Assembly (NCBI GenBank): GCA_037443365.1
Contig: JBBIOM010000004.1
Span: 4,352 to 68,351 of the forward strand
DNA: 64,000 bases
Direction of reading: 5' to 3'
From: Armatimonadota bacterium
GTDB lineage: Bacteria > Sysuimicrobiota > Sysuimicrobiia > Sysuimicrobiales > Humicultoraceae
In this document: positions 31,322 through 40,895 of the stretch, piece after piece
How positions within the stretch are numbered: position 1 is the first letter of the stretch
How the letters are laid out: every line of letters starts with the position of its first letter
Translations under genes and position numbers: made by a program
The notes under the pieces: generated by a model
The model's database searches: none
The model's input: the letters and a program-made list of their open reading frames with translations, nothing else
What the model was told of the DNA's origin: nothing

Positions 31322-32158
31322 GTGATCCGCATCCGCGCGTACGGCCCCGTGACCCAGATACGCATGGCCCGGGCCGTGGCCGGGCGGCCGCTCTACTGGA
31401 CTTGCGCCTACCATGTGGACGGTCTGCTGATCGATACGGGTTGCCGGCGCACCGCCGGTGAACTGGTCGCCGCCCTCGCCGGATACGAGGTGACGCAGGT
31501 TGTCAACACGCACCACCACGAGGATCACGTCGGGGGGAACGCCGCGGTAGAAGCGCGCTTCGGCATCCGGGCGCGGATTCACCCGCTCGGGACCGAGCGG
31601 CTTCGCTACCCTGGGACAGAACTGCCGCTCTATCGGTGGTTTGTGTGGGGAAGGCCGACCCCGTACGATCCCGCGCCCCTGGGCGAGCGTGTCGCAACCG
31701 GGCGGTACGCCTTCCGCGTCATTCATGCGCCCGGTCACAGCGACGACCAGGTGGTGCTGTTCGAGGAGCGCACGGGCTGGCTGTTTGGCGCCGACGCCTA
31801 CCTTGGTCAGCGGGTCATGTACCTGCGGCGGGACGAGCGGCTGCATGAGAGCCTCGAATCGCTGCGCAGGATCGCCGCGCTTCCGATAAGCAGGCTGTTC
31901 TGCGGCCTGGGCGCGGTCTGTGACGACGGTCCGGCGGCTCTGCGCGGCAAGATCGCCTTCTGGGAGGAGATCTGCCAGCGCGCAGGAGAACTGCACGCCG
32001 CCGGCAGATCGGCGGGAGAGATTCGCCGCGCCCTTCTGGGGGCTGAGGGATTCCTGAACTGGGTCAGCGCCGGGGACTTCGCCAAGCAGCATCTGGTGAA
32101 CCAGGCGCTCCTGCAGGACTGCGGGGCTTGCCCCGGGGGCAGGGACGCGCGGGCCTGA
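31322..32158 (+). CDS. metallo-beta-lactamase-fold hydrolase
   Basis: VVNTHHHEDHVGGN motif. GTG 31322 was chosen inside track ORF 31124..32158. Confidence 0.65.
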   Translation: MIRIRAYGPVTQIRMARAVAGRPLYWTCAYHVDGLLIDTGCRRTAGELVAALAGYEVTQVVNTHHHEDHVGGNAAVEARFGIRARIHPLGTERLRYPGTELPLYRWFVWGRPTPYDPAPLGERVATGRYAFRVIHAPGHSDDQVVLFEERTGWLFGADAYLGQRVMYLRRDERLHESLESLRRIAALPISRLFCGLGAVCDDGPAALRGKIAFWEEICQRAGELHAAGRSAGEIRRALLGAEGFLNWVSAGDFAKQHLVNQALLQDCGACPGGRDARA

Positions 32159-32178
32159 GCGGGAACAACACGGGTGTC

Positions 32179-32997
32179 GTGAGAACGCCGACACCGCCGC
32201 AGGACCGATCCAGGGCCGCCAGCATCGGCGCCACGCTCCGATCGGCGCGCGGGGCGCGCGGTATCTCACTGGACGAGCTGCATGCGCGCACGAAGATCAG
32301 CGTCGCCCACCTCGCGGCGCTCGAGGAAGGTCGCCTCGACGCGCTACCTCCGTTGGCGTTCTCGAGGGGCTTCCTTCGCACGGTGGCCCGTGAGCTGGGC
32401 GTAGATCCCGAGCCGCTGGTCAGAGACCTTGTCGCGATCATGCCGGCGGCGGATGCGGAGCCCGCGGAGGCCATGCAGCGCCTGGGGTCGCCCATCGTCC
32501 AGGGTACAGCGGCCTCGCCCCTCAGGCGGCGGATCACCTTCCTGGCAATCCTGGTAATCCTTGTCCTGACCTCGGCGGTGGCTCTGCTCACGCGCCAGAT
32601 CTGGGAGTTCGCGCAGCCCGTGCCTGCCAAGGGCCCTCCCTCGGCGACGGCGACGCCCGAGGCTGCGGTGCCATCGCCGGCTCCACTCCCATCCCAGGTT
32701 CCTGCCCCGCGCGAGGAACGGGTGCCACCGGGCGCGCCGCGCACGCGAGAGGATGTGACGATCGAGGTGCGTGCCTCGGGCCGATCGTGGCTGCTGGTTC
32801 GGACCGGGGAAAACCGCCTGTTCGAGGGGTTCATCAGCGCCGGGCAGGTGATGCGGTGGGTAAGCCCGGCCCAGATAACGCTGCGCGCGGGCAACGCCGG
32901 TGCCTTGACCGTGATCGCGAACGGCAACGCGCTAGGGGTCTACGGACGCCTGGGCGAGGTCGTGGAGCGCACTTTTCGACCAGGCGCAGCGCCTTGA
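32179..32997 (+). CDS. RodZ-like helix-turn-helix membrane protein (DUF4115 C-terminus)
   Basis: HTH ISLDELHARTKISVAHLAALEEG, TM ITFLAILVILVLTSAVALL, and a C-terminal beta domain SWLLVRTGE...LRAGNAGALTV. The start is ambiguous (32128 or GTG 32179). Confidence 0.6.
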   Translation: MRTPTPPQDRSRAASIGATLRSARGARGISLDELHARTKISVAHLAALEEGRLDALPPLAFSRGFLRTVARELGVDPEPLVRDLVAIMPAADAEPAEAMQRLGSPIVQGTAASPLRRRITFLAILVILVLTSAVALLTRQIWEFAQPVPAKGPPSATATPEAAVPSPAPLPSQVPAPREERVPPGAPRTREDVTIEVRASGRSWLLVRTGENRLFEGFISAGQVMRWVSPAQITLRAGNAGALTVIANGNALGVYGRLGEVVERTFRPGAAP

Positions 32998-33016
32998 GGG
33001 GTTCCTGCTGCAAACC

Positions 33017-34255
33017 ATGCGCGCCGAACTGATATCTGTCGGCACCGAATTGCTCCTCGGGCAGATCACCGACACAAACGCGGCCTACCTGGCCAGGCTG
33101 CTGGCCGCGTGGGGTGTGGATGTGCTCGCGAAGCAGACAGTGGGCGACAACCTCAACCGTGTCCGGGAGGCGGTGGAACTCGCGCTGTCGCGCTCGGACC
33201 TGGTGATCACGACCGGAGGCCTGGGGCCGACCGAAGACGACTTGACGGGTGAGGCAGTGGCTCTCGCCGCGGGCCTGCCGCTGGTCCACCACCAGGAGAC
33301 AGCCGATCGCATCGTCGAGTTCTTCGCCCGGCGGGGCCGGAGGGCCGTGGACTCGGTCTTCCGGCAGGCCAGAATCCCGTCAGGGGCTCGCGTCGTCCCG
33401 AACCGAAGGGGCACGGCGCCCGGGCTCGTTGTCCCGATTGGGCGCCAGGTGGTCTTCATGTTCCCGGGCGTGCCCGCGGAGATGGAGCAACTGGTCGCTG
33501 ACGGGCTGGTGCCCTGGCTAACCGAGCACGCCGGAGACCAGGTCATACGGTCGCGCGTGCTGCGCGTCGTCGGCATGGGTGAGTCGCTGGTCGAGGAACG
33601 CGTTCGCGACCTCATCCACGGCGACAACCCGACCGTAGCGCCGCTCGCCAAGCTGGGTGAGGTTCAACTTCGAATCACGGCCAAGGGACGGCCCGCGGCC
33701 GTCGAGGAGATGATAGACCGGGTCGAGGCGTGTCTGCGTGAACGGCTGGGGGACGCGGTTGTGGGCGCGGACGACGAGACGCTCCCGGGGGCGGCGGCCC
33801 GTCTCTTGATCGCGAGCGGGCTCACGCTGGCGGTGGCCGAATCATGCACCGCGGGCCTCCTGACCGCGCGCCTGACCGAGACCCCGGGCAGCTCGGCGTT
33901 CCTGCTAGCGGGATTCGTCGCCTACAGCAACGAGGCCAAGGTGCGGGATCTCGGCGTGCCGCCCGACACGATTGTGGCACACGGCGCGGTCAGCGCCGAG
34001 GTTGCCAGGGCGATGGCCCAGGGTGCGCGAGCCCGGACAGGCGCCAGCATCGGCGTGGCGATCACCGGAGTTGCCGGCCCTGATGGAGGCACGCCTGCCA
34101 AGCCCGTTGGACTGGTGCACCTCGCGCTGGCCACGGAGACCTGCACGCGCAGCGAGGAGTGGCGGTTCAGCGGCGAGGCCGGGAGGGCCGGGGTGCGCCA
34201 CCTGGCCGCGCAGGCAGCGCTCAACTTGCTAAGGCTTCACCTGCTTGGGCGATGA
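33017..34255 (+). CDS. cinA: competence/damage-inducible protein CinA (MoCF-binding domain plus PncC-type amidase domain)
   Basis: MRAELISVGTELLLGQITDTNA N-terminus, C-terminal AESCTAGLL...VAITGVAGPDGG, and its position upstream of recA. Confidence 0.85.
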   Translation: MRAELISVGTELLLGQITDTNAAYLARLLAAWGVDVLAKQTVGDNLNRVREAVELALSRSDLVITTGGLGPTEDDLTGEAVALAAGLPLVHHQETADRIVEFFARRGRRAVDSVFRQARIPSGARVVPNRRGTAPGLVVPIGRQVVFMFPGVPAEMEQLVADGLVPWLTEHAGDQVIRSRVLRVVGMGESLVEERVRDLIHGDNPTVAPLAKLGEVQLRITAKGRPAAVEEMIDRVEACLRERLGDAVVGADDETLPGAAARLLIASGLTLAVAESCTAGLLTARLTETPGSSAFLLAGFVAYSNEAKVRDLGVPPDTIVAHGAVSAEVARAMAQGARARTGASIGVAITGVAGPDGGTPAKPVGLVHLALATETCTRSEEWRFSGEAGRAGVRHLAAQAALNLLRLHLLGR

Positions 34256-34842
34256 CACTTCACCGCACCTTCATCGCGGTCGAGCTTAGCGCCGAGGCCC
34301 GGCGCCTGGCGGCGGGGGCCCAGGAGCGGCTGCGCGCTGCCGGGGCCGCGCTGCGGTGGGTGCGTCCAGAGCTCCTGCACTACACCCTGTGCTTCCTGGG
34401 CGAGATACCGGCTGCGCAGGTGGCCCGTGCGGTTGTCGCGACGCGCGCGGCCGCAGTCGGCGTGGCCCCGTTCTCGGTGACGATCGGGGGCCTGGGCGCG
34501 TTTCCCAGCCTGGCCAGACCGCAGGTCGTTTGGCTCGGGTGCACGGAGGGGGCCATGGCCCTGGAGAACCTGGCTGGCCGGGTAAGGGCCGCGTTGAGCA
34601 GGGACCGAATCCCCATGGACTCCAGGCCGTTCCGGCCTCACCTGACACTGGGCCGCGCGAAGGACGACCGCCAGTGGGGGGACATCGTACGGGCGATCGG
34701 CGCGCACCGCGACATCGCCATCGGCCTCGAGTGGATCAGGACGGTCACGGTGATGGAGAGCCGCCTGACACCCCAGGGTCCGGTCTACACGCCACGGGAG
34801 CAGGTTCATCTGGGCCACGGATTGAATTCCAGGGAGGGCTAG
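34252..34842 (+). CDS. thpR: RNA 2',3'-cyclic phosphodiesterase (2H family, ThpR/LigT)
   Basis: Two H-x-T-x motifs (HYTLCFLG and PHLTLGR). ATGA overlap with cinA. Confidence 0.75.
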   Translation: MTLHRTFIAVELSAEARRLAAGAQERLRAAGAALRWVRPELLHYTLCFLGEIPAAQVARAVVATRAAAVGVAPFSVTIGGLGAFPSLARPQVVWLGCTEGAMALENLAGRVRAALSRDRIPMDSRPFRPHLTLGRAKDDRQWGDIVRAIGAHRDIAIGLEWIRTVTVMESRLTPQGPVYTPREQVHLGHGLNSREG

Positions 34843-34887
34843 GCACCAAATCTGGTACATCGGCACGCCCTGATTGTCTTTGCAGGA

Positions 34888-34916
34888 TTGACAAGCGAAC
34901 ATTTGTTTGGTATTCT
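34888..34916 (+). promoter_or_regulatory. recA promoter with an embedded LexA (Cheo-type) SOS box
   Basis: TTGACA (34888-34893), a 17-nt spacer, then TATTCT (34911-34916). The spacer holds CGAACATTTGTTTG (34896-34909), close to the Gram-positive consensus CGAAC-N4-GTTYC. Confidence 0.6.
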
Positions 34917-34946
34917 CAAGGCGTCGCGGTCGGGAGGTCGCACGAG

Positions 34947-36047
34947 ATGACTGAGCGTCAGCGGGCATTGGACCTGGCCCTCTCCCAGATTGAGAAGCAG
35001 TTTGGCAAGGGCTCCATCATGAAGTTGGGCGAGGCCGGCGCGAGACTCCAGGTCGAGGTCATTCCAACCGGGGCGCTCAGTTTGGACCTGGCCCTGGGCG
35101 TCGGCGGGGTTCCAAGGGGGCGCGTGGTCGAGATCTACGGCCCCGAGGCATCGGGCAAGACCACGCTCGGCTACCACATCATCGCGGAGGCGCAGCGTGA
35201 GGGGGGCGTGGCCGCGTTCATAGACGCCGAGCACGCGCTCGATCCGTCCTACGCCAAGGCGGTGGGGGTGGACGTGGACAACCTGATCCTCTCGCAGCCC
35301 GACAGCGGGGAGCAGGCCCTGGAGATAGCCGAGACCCTCGTGCGCAGCGGCGCCGTGGACGTCGTGGTCGTGGACTCGGTGGCGGCGCTGGTGCCGCGTG
35401 CCGAGCTCGAGGGCGAGATGGGCGACGCGCACGTGGGACTGCAGGCGCGCCTCATGTCACAGGCCCTGCGCAAGCTGGTCGGCACGATCAGCCGGTCGCG
35501 CACGATAGTCGTCTTCATCAACCAGATCCGCGAGAAGATCGGCGTCATGTTCGGCAACCCGGAGACAACGACGGGCGGCAGGGCGCTCAAGTTCTACTCG
35601 TCGGTCCGCATGGAAATCCGCAAGATCGAGAACATCAAGAGCGGGGACGAGGTCCGGGGGATGCGGGCGCGTGTCAAGGTCGTCAAGAACAAGGTCGCGC
35701 CTCCGTTTCGCGATGCGGAGGTGGACATCTACTACGGTCACGGGATCTCGCGCAGCGCCAGCATTTTGGATGTGGCCACGGCGGTAGGGTTGGTGCAGCG
35801 CACCGGGGCCTGGTTCACATACGGCGACCTGCGCCTGGGGCAGGGGCGCGACAACGCGCGCGAGTTCCTTGACAGCAACGCCGAGGTGGCCAACGAGATA
35901 GACCGCCGCGTACGCGAGGCGCGCGGGCTGGTTCGCGGGGGCGAGGCGACCGCGGCTCCGACAGCCGACCCTGAGGCCCGTCGAGTGCAGGCCGCGGCGC
36001 GCCCCGCTCCACCAGCGCGTCCTGCCACCGCGAAGCCCCGGGGGTAG
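34947..36047 (+). CDS. recA: recombinase RecA
   Basis: [11 protein letters not shown], Walker [20 protein letters not shown] and [15 protein letters not shown] lies upstream of ATG 34947. Pro/Ala-rich C-terminal tail. Confidence 0.97.
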   Translation: MTERQRALDLALSQIEKQFGKGSIMKLGEAGARLQVEVIPTGALSLDLALGVGGVPRGRVVEIYGPEASGKTTLGYHIIAEAQREGGVAAFIDAEHALDPSYAKAVGVDVDNLILSQPDSGEQALEIAETLVRSGAVDVVVVDSVAALVPRAELEGEMGDAHVGLQARLMSQALRKLVGTISRSRTIVVFINQIREKIGVMFGNPETTTGGRALKFYSSVRMEIRKIENIKSGDEVRGMRARVKVVKNKVAPPFRDAEVDIYYGHGISRSASILDVATAVGLVQRTGAWFTYGDLRLGQGRDNAREFLDSNAEVANEIDRRVREARGLVRGGEATAAPTADPEARRVQAAARPAPPARPATAKPRG

Positions 36048-36065
36048 GCGACGGAGTCCGGGCCC

Positions 36066-36740
36066 GTGGATGAGGCCGCGAGCCCGCGCGTATCGCGCGT
36101 GCGCACGTGCGCACGCGACGCAGGCATCCGGCAGGTGGAGATCCAGGGTCTGGGACGGATCCGCATAGACGCCCGAACCGCTGACGCGCTCGGCCTGGTC
36201 GAGGGCCGAGTCCTCGCACCAGACGAGGTCACGCGTCTTGTCGAGAGTTCAGGGCGCCTGAGGGCACGGGAGGTGGCCCTGGGCCTGCTGCGTCGCAGGC
36301 TGCGCAGCAGGGCCGAGCTGGAGATCGCGCTGCGGCGCCGCGGTGTGGCGCGCAAGGAGGCGCTGGCCGTCATCGGAGATCTGGCGCGATCGGGGTGGAT
36401 AGATGATGCCCGGTTTGCGCGCGCCTGGATCGCCGACCGCATGGCCCTGCGCCCGGGCGGCGCGCGCAGGCTGAAGGCGGAACTACTGGCGCGCGGCGTG
36501 GCGCAGGCGGTGATCGCCGAGGCGCTCGCGGACCGGTTGTCGCCTGAGCAGGAGGAGGCCCTGGCCACCCGCCAGGCTCAGGAACGTCAGCGACGCCTCC
36601 GGGGGCTGCCCCCGCACGTGGCGCAGAGGCGCCTTGCGGCGTGGTTGGGGCGCCGCGGCTACTCGCCCGGCACCATAGCCAGCGCCCTGCGAAAGGCGGG
36701 ACGCCCGGACGCGGGCGACCCTGATAGCGATACCCCATGA
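36066..36740 (+). CDS. recX: recombination regulator RecX
   Basis: Repeated three-helix units (RSRAELEIALRRRGVARKEALAVIGDLARSGWIDDARFARAW), directly after recA. Confidence 0.8.
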   Translation: MDEAASPRVSRVRTCARDAGIRQVEIQGLGRIRIDARTADALGLVEGRVLAPDEVTRLVESSGRLRAREVALGLLRRRLRSRAELEIALRRRGVARKEALAVIGDLARSGWIDDARFARAWIADRMALRPGGARRLKAELLARGVAQAVIAEALADRLSPEQEEALATRQAQERQRRLRGLPPHVAQRRLAAWLGRRGYSPGTIASALRKAGRPDAGDPDSDTP

Positions 36741-39709
36741 CGATCTCGCTCTCTGATCCCGCCGGGACACTCGAGGACCTCACGCCCGGCCAGGCCGCCG
36801 CGGTAACGCACGGCGACGGCCCGCTGCTCATCGTCGCCGGCGCCGGCACCGGGAAGACGACCGTGATCACGCGCCGCATCGCGTGGCTGATCTCCACCCG
36901 GCGCGCGCGCCCCAGCGAGATCCTCGCGCTCACCTTCACCGACAAGGCGGCCGCCGAGATGGAGACGCGCGTGGACCAGCTCGTGCCCTACGGGTACGTC
37001 GACGCCTGGATCAGCACGTTCCACGCCTTCGGCGACAGGGTGCTGCGCGATCAGGCAATCGAGGCCGGGCTGGCCCCGGACTTCCGTGTTCTGTCGCGCC
37101 CGGAGCAGTTCGTGTTCTTCCGCGATCGCCTCTTCCAGATGCCGCTCGAGAGGTACAGGCCGCTGGGCGATCCCACGCGCTACATCGACGCCCTGCTCAC
37201 CTTGATCGCGCGCGCGAAGGACGAGGACATCTCTCCCGAGGCGTACGAGGCCTGGGCGGAGCGCCTGGCCCTGGAGGGACAGGCCGGTGAGACCGAAACG
37301 GCTCCCGGAGAGGACGCCGGGGCGCACCGTGAACTGGCCCGGGTCTACGCGGCCTACCAGCGCCTTCTGCTGGAGGCGGGTCGGGTCGATTTCGGCGACC
37401 TGATCTCGATCCCGCTCCGGCTGTTCCGCGACCGCCCCGATATCCGCAGGCAGTATCAGGAGCGGTTTCGCTACATCCTGGTGGACGAGTTCCAGGACAC
37501 GAATCACGCCCAGTTCGAGCTCGTGAAGATCATGGCCGCCGGACACCGCAACATCACGGTGGTGGGAGATGACGACCAGGCGATCTACAAGTTTCGCGGG
37601 GCGGCGATAAGCAACATCCTGGGGTTTGCGGCCGCGTATCCCGACGCCACACAGGTGGTGCTCACCGAGAACTTCCGCTCGCCCCAAACGGTCCTCGACG
37701 CCGCCTATCGCCTGATAAGGCACAACGATCCCGACCGGCTGGAGGCGCGCAACCAGCTCGACAAGCGCCTCGCCGCCCGCACCCCGGACCGGACTCCTGT
37801 CCGGCACATCCACTACGACACCCTCTCAAGCGAGGCCGAAGGCGTGGCGGAGATGATCGCCGACCACATCCGATCAGGCGGGCGCGCGCGGGACTGCGCC
37901 ATCCTGGTGCGGGCCAACCGTGACGCCGACCCGTTCATGCGCGCGTTGAACCTTCGCGGGATCCCCTGGTGGTTCTCGGGAACGCGCGGGCTCTACGACC
38001 GGGAGGAAGTGAGGGTGGCGCTGGCGTTCCTGCGCGTCCTGGCCGATCCCGCCGACAACCTGAGCCTGTACTACCTGGGCACGTCAGGCCTCTACGAGAT
38101 CGACGGCGCCGACATGGCGCTGGCGCTCAACCAGGCAGGCCGCCGCAACAGATCGCTGGAGCACACCCTCCGCAACCCGCGCTCCGCGCAGGGGCTGGGT
38201 GCCGAGATCTCTCCCGAGAGCAGGGCTTCCGTTGCCCGCATGCTCGAGGATCTGGACGAGATGCGCGCGCTGATGCGTCACCACGCCACGGGGCGCGTGC
38301 TCTACGAGTACCTGGTCACCCGCACGGGTTACATCCGCCGGCTGGCCACCTCGGGGCTGCCCGGCGACGAGGTGAAGGTGGCGAACCTGGCCCGCCTCTT
38401 CGACATCGTGGCGCGCCACGGCGAGGTCGCCGTGTACGATCGTGTACCCGAGTTTGTGCGCCGCATGGAGGACCTGATCGCCGCCGGGGACGACCCCCCA
38501 TCGCCGGAGCCCGACCCGGATTTCGACGGCGTGCAGGTCCTGACCGTGCACAAGGCCAAGGGCCTGGAGTTCCAGATGGTGTTCCTGGTCAACTGCGTGG
38601 CCGATCGGTTCCCATCGCGCGGCCGCTCCGAGCCGCTGCGGATTCCCGACGACCTGGTGCGCGACAAAGAGGTGCTGCCCTCGGGCGACAGCCACCTGCA
38701 GGAGGAGCGGCGGCTGTTCTACGTCGGCATGACGCGCGCGAAGCAGCGCCTCGTGCTGACAAGCGGACGGGACTACGGAAACGTGCGCCCGCGCAAGATC
38801 AGCCGGTTCGTGCTGGAGGCCCTGGACGAACCGGCGGTTGAGGTGGCGGTGCTCGGGGTCTCGGCGGTCGAGTCGATAGCACGGCACGCCCCTCCAGCGG
38901 ATGCGCCCGTGGTGCTGCCTGGCATCCTGCCGCCCGAGGCGACCGTGAATCTCTCGTTCCGGCAAGTGGACGACTACCAGATCTGTCCGCTCAAGTACAA
39001 GTACACGCACGTGCTGCGCGTGCCGCTGCTGCGCGACCACCGTGTTGTGTACGGCGCGGCCGTGCATGCCGGGGCCATGGAGTACAACCGGCGCCGCGCG
39101 CGTGGACAGCCGATCGAACCCGAGCACCTGATACAGGCGTTCGAGCGCGCCTGGACCAGCGAGGGGTTCATCAGCCGCGAGCACGAGGACCAGCGAATGG
39201 CCGAGGGGCGCCAGGTCCTGCGAACATTCCTGGAGTTCCAGCGGGCCTCTGGCACGGTGCCGACGATGGTCGAGAGCAGGTTCGCGGTCCAGATCGGCAG
39301 CACGCGTGTAATTGGGCGGTGGGACCGCGTGGATCTGCATCGCCCCGACAGGGCGGGCGCGGACGATGAAGCGGTTATCATCGACTTCAAGACGGCCGAC
39401 GTGCGGGCTCAGAAGGACGCCGACCGCAGGGCCAAGGAGAGTCTCCAGCTCGACATCTACGCCCTTGCCTTCCATAGCCACTACGGCCGCATGCCCAATC
39501 GGCTGGAGCTGCATTTCCTGGGGCCCAGGCAGGTTCTGGTGGGGACCGCCACACCTACCCAAGCAAGGCTGGATGCCGCGTCTGGGGCAATCGAGGCCGC
39601 GGCCGCGGGCATCCGCAGCCGGGAGTTCACCGCGACCCCCGACTACTACCGGGCCTGCCGGTACTGCGCCTTCGCTTCGATTTGCCCCTACACCGCGGGG
39701 GAGGACTAG
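36737..39709 (+). CDS. UvrD/PcrA-family SF1 helicase fused to a C-terminal PD-(D/E)XK nuclease with a Cas4/AddB-type Cys cluster
   Basis: Helicase motifs AGAGTGKTT, VDEFQDTN, VGDDDQAIYKFRGA and TVHKAKGLEF. Nuclease motifs GRWDRVD...IIDFKT. Cys pattern: C in QICPLKY plus CRYCAFASIC (C-x2-C-x5-C). ATGA overlap with recX. Confidence 0.85.
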   Translation: MTISLSDPAGTLEDLTPGQAAAVTHGDGPLLIVAGAGTGKTTVITRRIAWLISTRRARPSEILALTFTDKAAAEMETRVDQLVPYGYVDAWISTFHAFGDRVLRDQAIEAGLAPDFRVLSRPEQFVFFRDRLFQMPLERYRPLGDPTRYIDALLTLIARAKDEDISPEAYEAWAERLALEGQAGETETAPGEDAGAHRELARVYAAYQRLLLEAGRVDFGDLISIPLRLFRDRPDIRRQYQERFRYILVDEFQDTNHAQFELVKIMAAGHRNITVVGDDDQAIYKFRGAAISNILGFAAAYPDATQVVLTENFRSPQTVLDAAYRLIRHNDPDRLEARNQLDKRLAARTPDRTPVRHIHYDTLSSEAEGVAEMIADHIRSGGRARDCAILVRANRDADPFMRALNLRGIPWWFSGTRGLYDREEVRVALAFLRVLADPADNLSLYYLGTSGLYEIDGADMALALNQAGRRNRSLEHTLRNPRSAQGLGAEISPESRASVARMLEDLDEMRALMRHHATGRVLYEYLVTRTGYIRRLATSGLPGDEVKVANLARLFDIVARHGEVAVYDRVPEFVRRMEDLIAAGDDPPSPEPDPDFDGVQVLTVHKAKGLEFQMVFLVNCVADRFPSRGRSEPLRIPDDLVRDKEVLPSGDSHLQEERRLFYVGMTRAKQRLVLTSGRDYGNVRPRKISRFVLEALDEPAVEVAVLGVSAVESIARHAPPADAPVVLPGILPPEATVNLSFRQVDDYQICPLKYKYTHVLRVPLLRDHRVVYGAAVHAGAMEYNRRRARGQPIEPEHLIQAFERAWTSEGFISREHEDQRMAEGRQVLRTFLEFQRASGTVPTMVESRFAVQIGSTRVIGRWDRVDLHRPDRAGADDEAVIIDFKTADVRAQKDADRRAKESLQLDIYALAFHSHYGRMPNRLELHFLGPRQVLVGTATPTQARLDAASGAIEAAAAGIRSREFTATPDYYRACRYCAFASICPYTAGED

Positions 39710-39741
39710 CACACCCTACTGCGGGCGGAAGGGAGGCGGGC

Positions 39742-40797
39742 GTGAGCACCCTGGATGTGGTCATGTTGGCGGCCGCGGCCGCGGCCGGCGCCGGCCTGGC
39801 CGTCCTGGCCCTGCGGCGGCGCGAGGGGCCTGACGCCGGGCTGCTGATGCTACAACAGCAGCTCGACGCGCTGCGCGGGCAGATGTCGCAACGCCTTGAC
39901 GAGGTAGGCCGCAACGTCGCCGAACGCCTGGACGCGAACCTGCAGATGGTGGGCCAGCGGTTCACGGAGACCGCGGGTCTGGTGACAACGGTGCACGAAC
40001 GGTTGAAGGGAGTGGAGGAGGCCGCCGGCCGGATCTACGATCTTGGCCGTGACCTGGCCTCCCTGCAGGAGATCCTGCGGCCGCCCAAGCTGCGCGGCGG
40101 CGTGGGCGAACTGCTCCTTGAGAACCTCCTGCGCGACCGCCTGCCGGAGTCCATCTTCGAGATGCAGCACCGCTTCCCCAACGGCATGGTGGTGGATGCG
40201 GTGATCCGCCTGGGGGATAGGCTGGTGCCCGTGGATTCGAAGTTTCCCCTGGAGGGCTTCCAGGCGATGCTGCGGTCCGCATCCGACGAGGAACGCGCAA
40301 GGACCAGGCGGGAGTTCGATCGCCAGGTCCAGGCGCACGTCAGGACCATAGCCGAGAAGTACATCCTGCCCGAGGAGGGCACGTACGACTTCGCGCTGAT
40401 GTACGTGCCCGCGGAGAACGTGTACTACGAGGCCGTCGTGCGAGGGGACGAGGCAGGAGGCCTCTACCAGTACTGCATGGAGCGCCGCGTGATCCCGGTC
40501 TCGCCCACCACCTTCTACGCGTACCTTGTGGCGCTGGTCTACGGCCTCAAGGGGCTCCAGGTGGAGCGCCAGGCTGGCCAGATCCGCGAAGGGCTGGCGC
40601 ATCTGGCGGCGGACATCGGGCTGGTCAGGGAGCCCATGGCCAGGCTGGGCGAGCAGATTCGGCGGGCCCAGAACAACTACGAGGTCGCGCGCCGGGCGCT
40701 GGACCGCTTCGGAGACCGGCTGCAGAGCCTGGGCGGCGTTCCCATTCCCGAGGGGCCCGAGGAGGCGCTGCCGCAGGCGTCGCAGCCCGATTCTTGA
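39742..40797 (+). CDS. rmuC: DNA recombination protein RmuC
   Basis: N-terminal TM and coiled coil, then GELLLENLLRDRLPE...VVDAVIRLGDRLVPVDSKFPLEGF. GTG 39742 follows GGGAGG. Confidence 0.8.
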   Translation: MSTLDVVMLAAAAAAGAGLAVLALRRREGPDAGLLMLQQQLDALRGQMSQRLDEVGRNVAERLDANLQMVGQRFTETAGLVTTVHERLKGVEEAAGRIYDLGRDLASLQEILRPPKLRGGVGELLLENLLRDRLPESIFEMQHRFPNGMVVDAVIRLGDRLVPVDSKFPLEGFQAMLRSASDEERARTRREFDRQVQAHVRTIAEKYILPEEGTYDFALMYVPAENVYYEAVVRGDEAGGLYQYCMERRVIPVSPTTFYAYLVALVYGLKGLQVERQAGQIREGLAHLAADIGLVREPMARLGEQIRRAQNNYEVARRALDRFGDRLQSLGGVPIPEGPEEALPQASQPDS

Positions 40798-40823
40798 CAC
40801 TGTTTTCGGTCCGTCGGTACAAT
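40794..40823 (+). promoter_or_regulatory. candidate sigma-70-type promoter for rny
   Basis: TTGACA (40794-40799, overlapping the rmuC stop), an 18-nt spacer, then TACAAT (40818-40823). Confidence 0.6.
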
Positions 40824-40895
40824 CGAGTGAAAGGGCAGCAAGTATCCTTCCAAACCGGAGGGTGATGCCGCAACAACCCAGCACAACCGAGGGAG

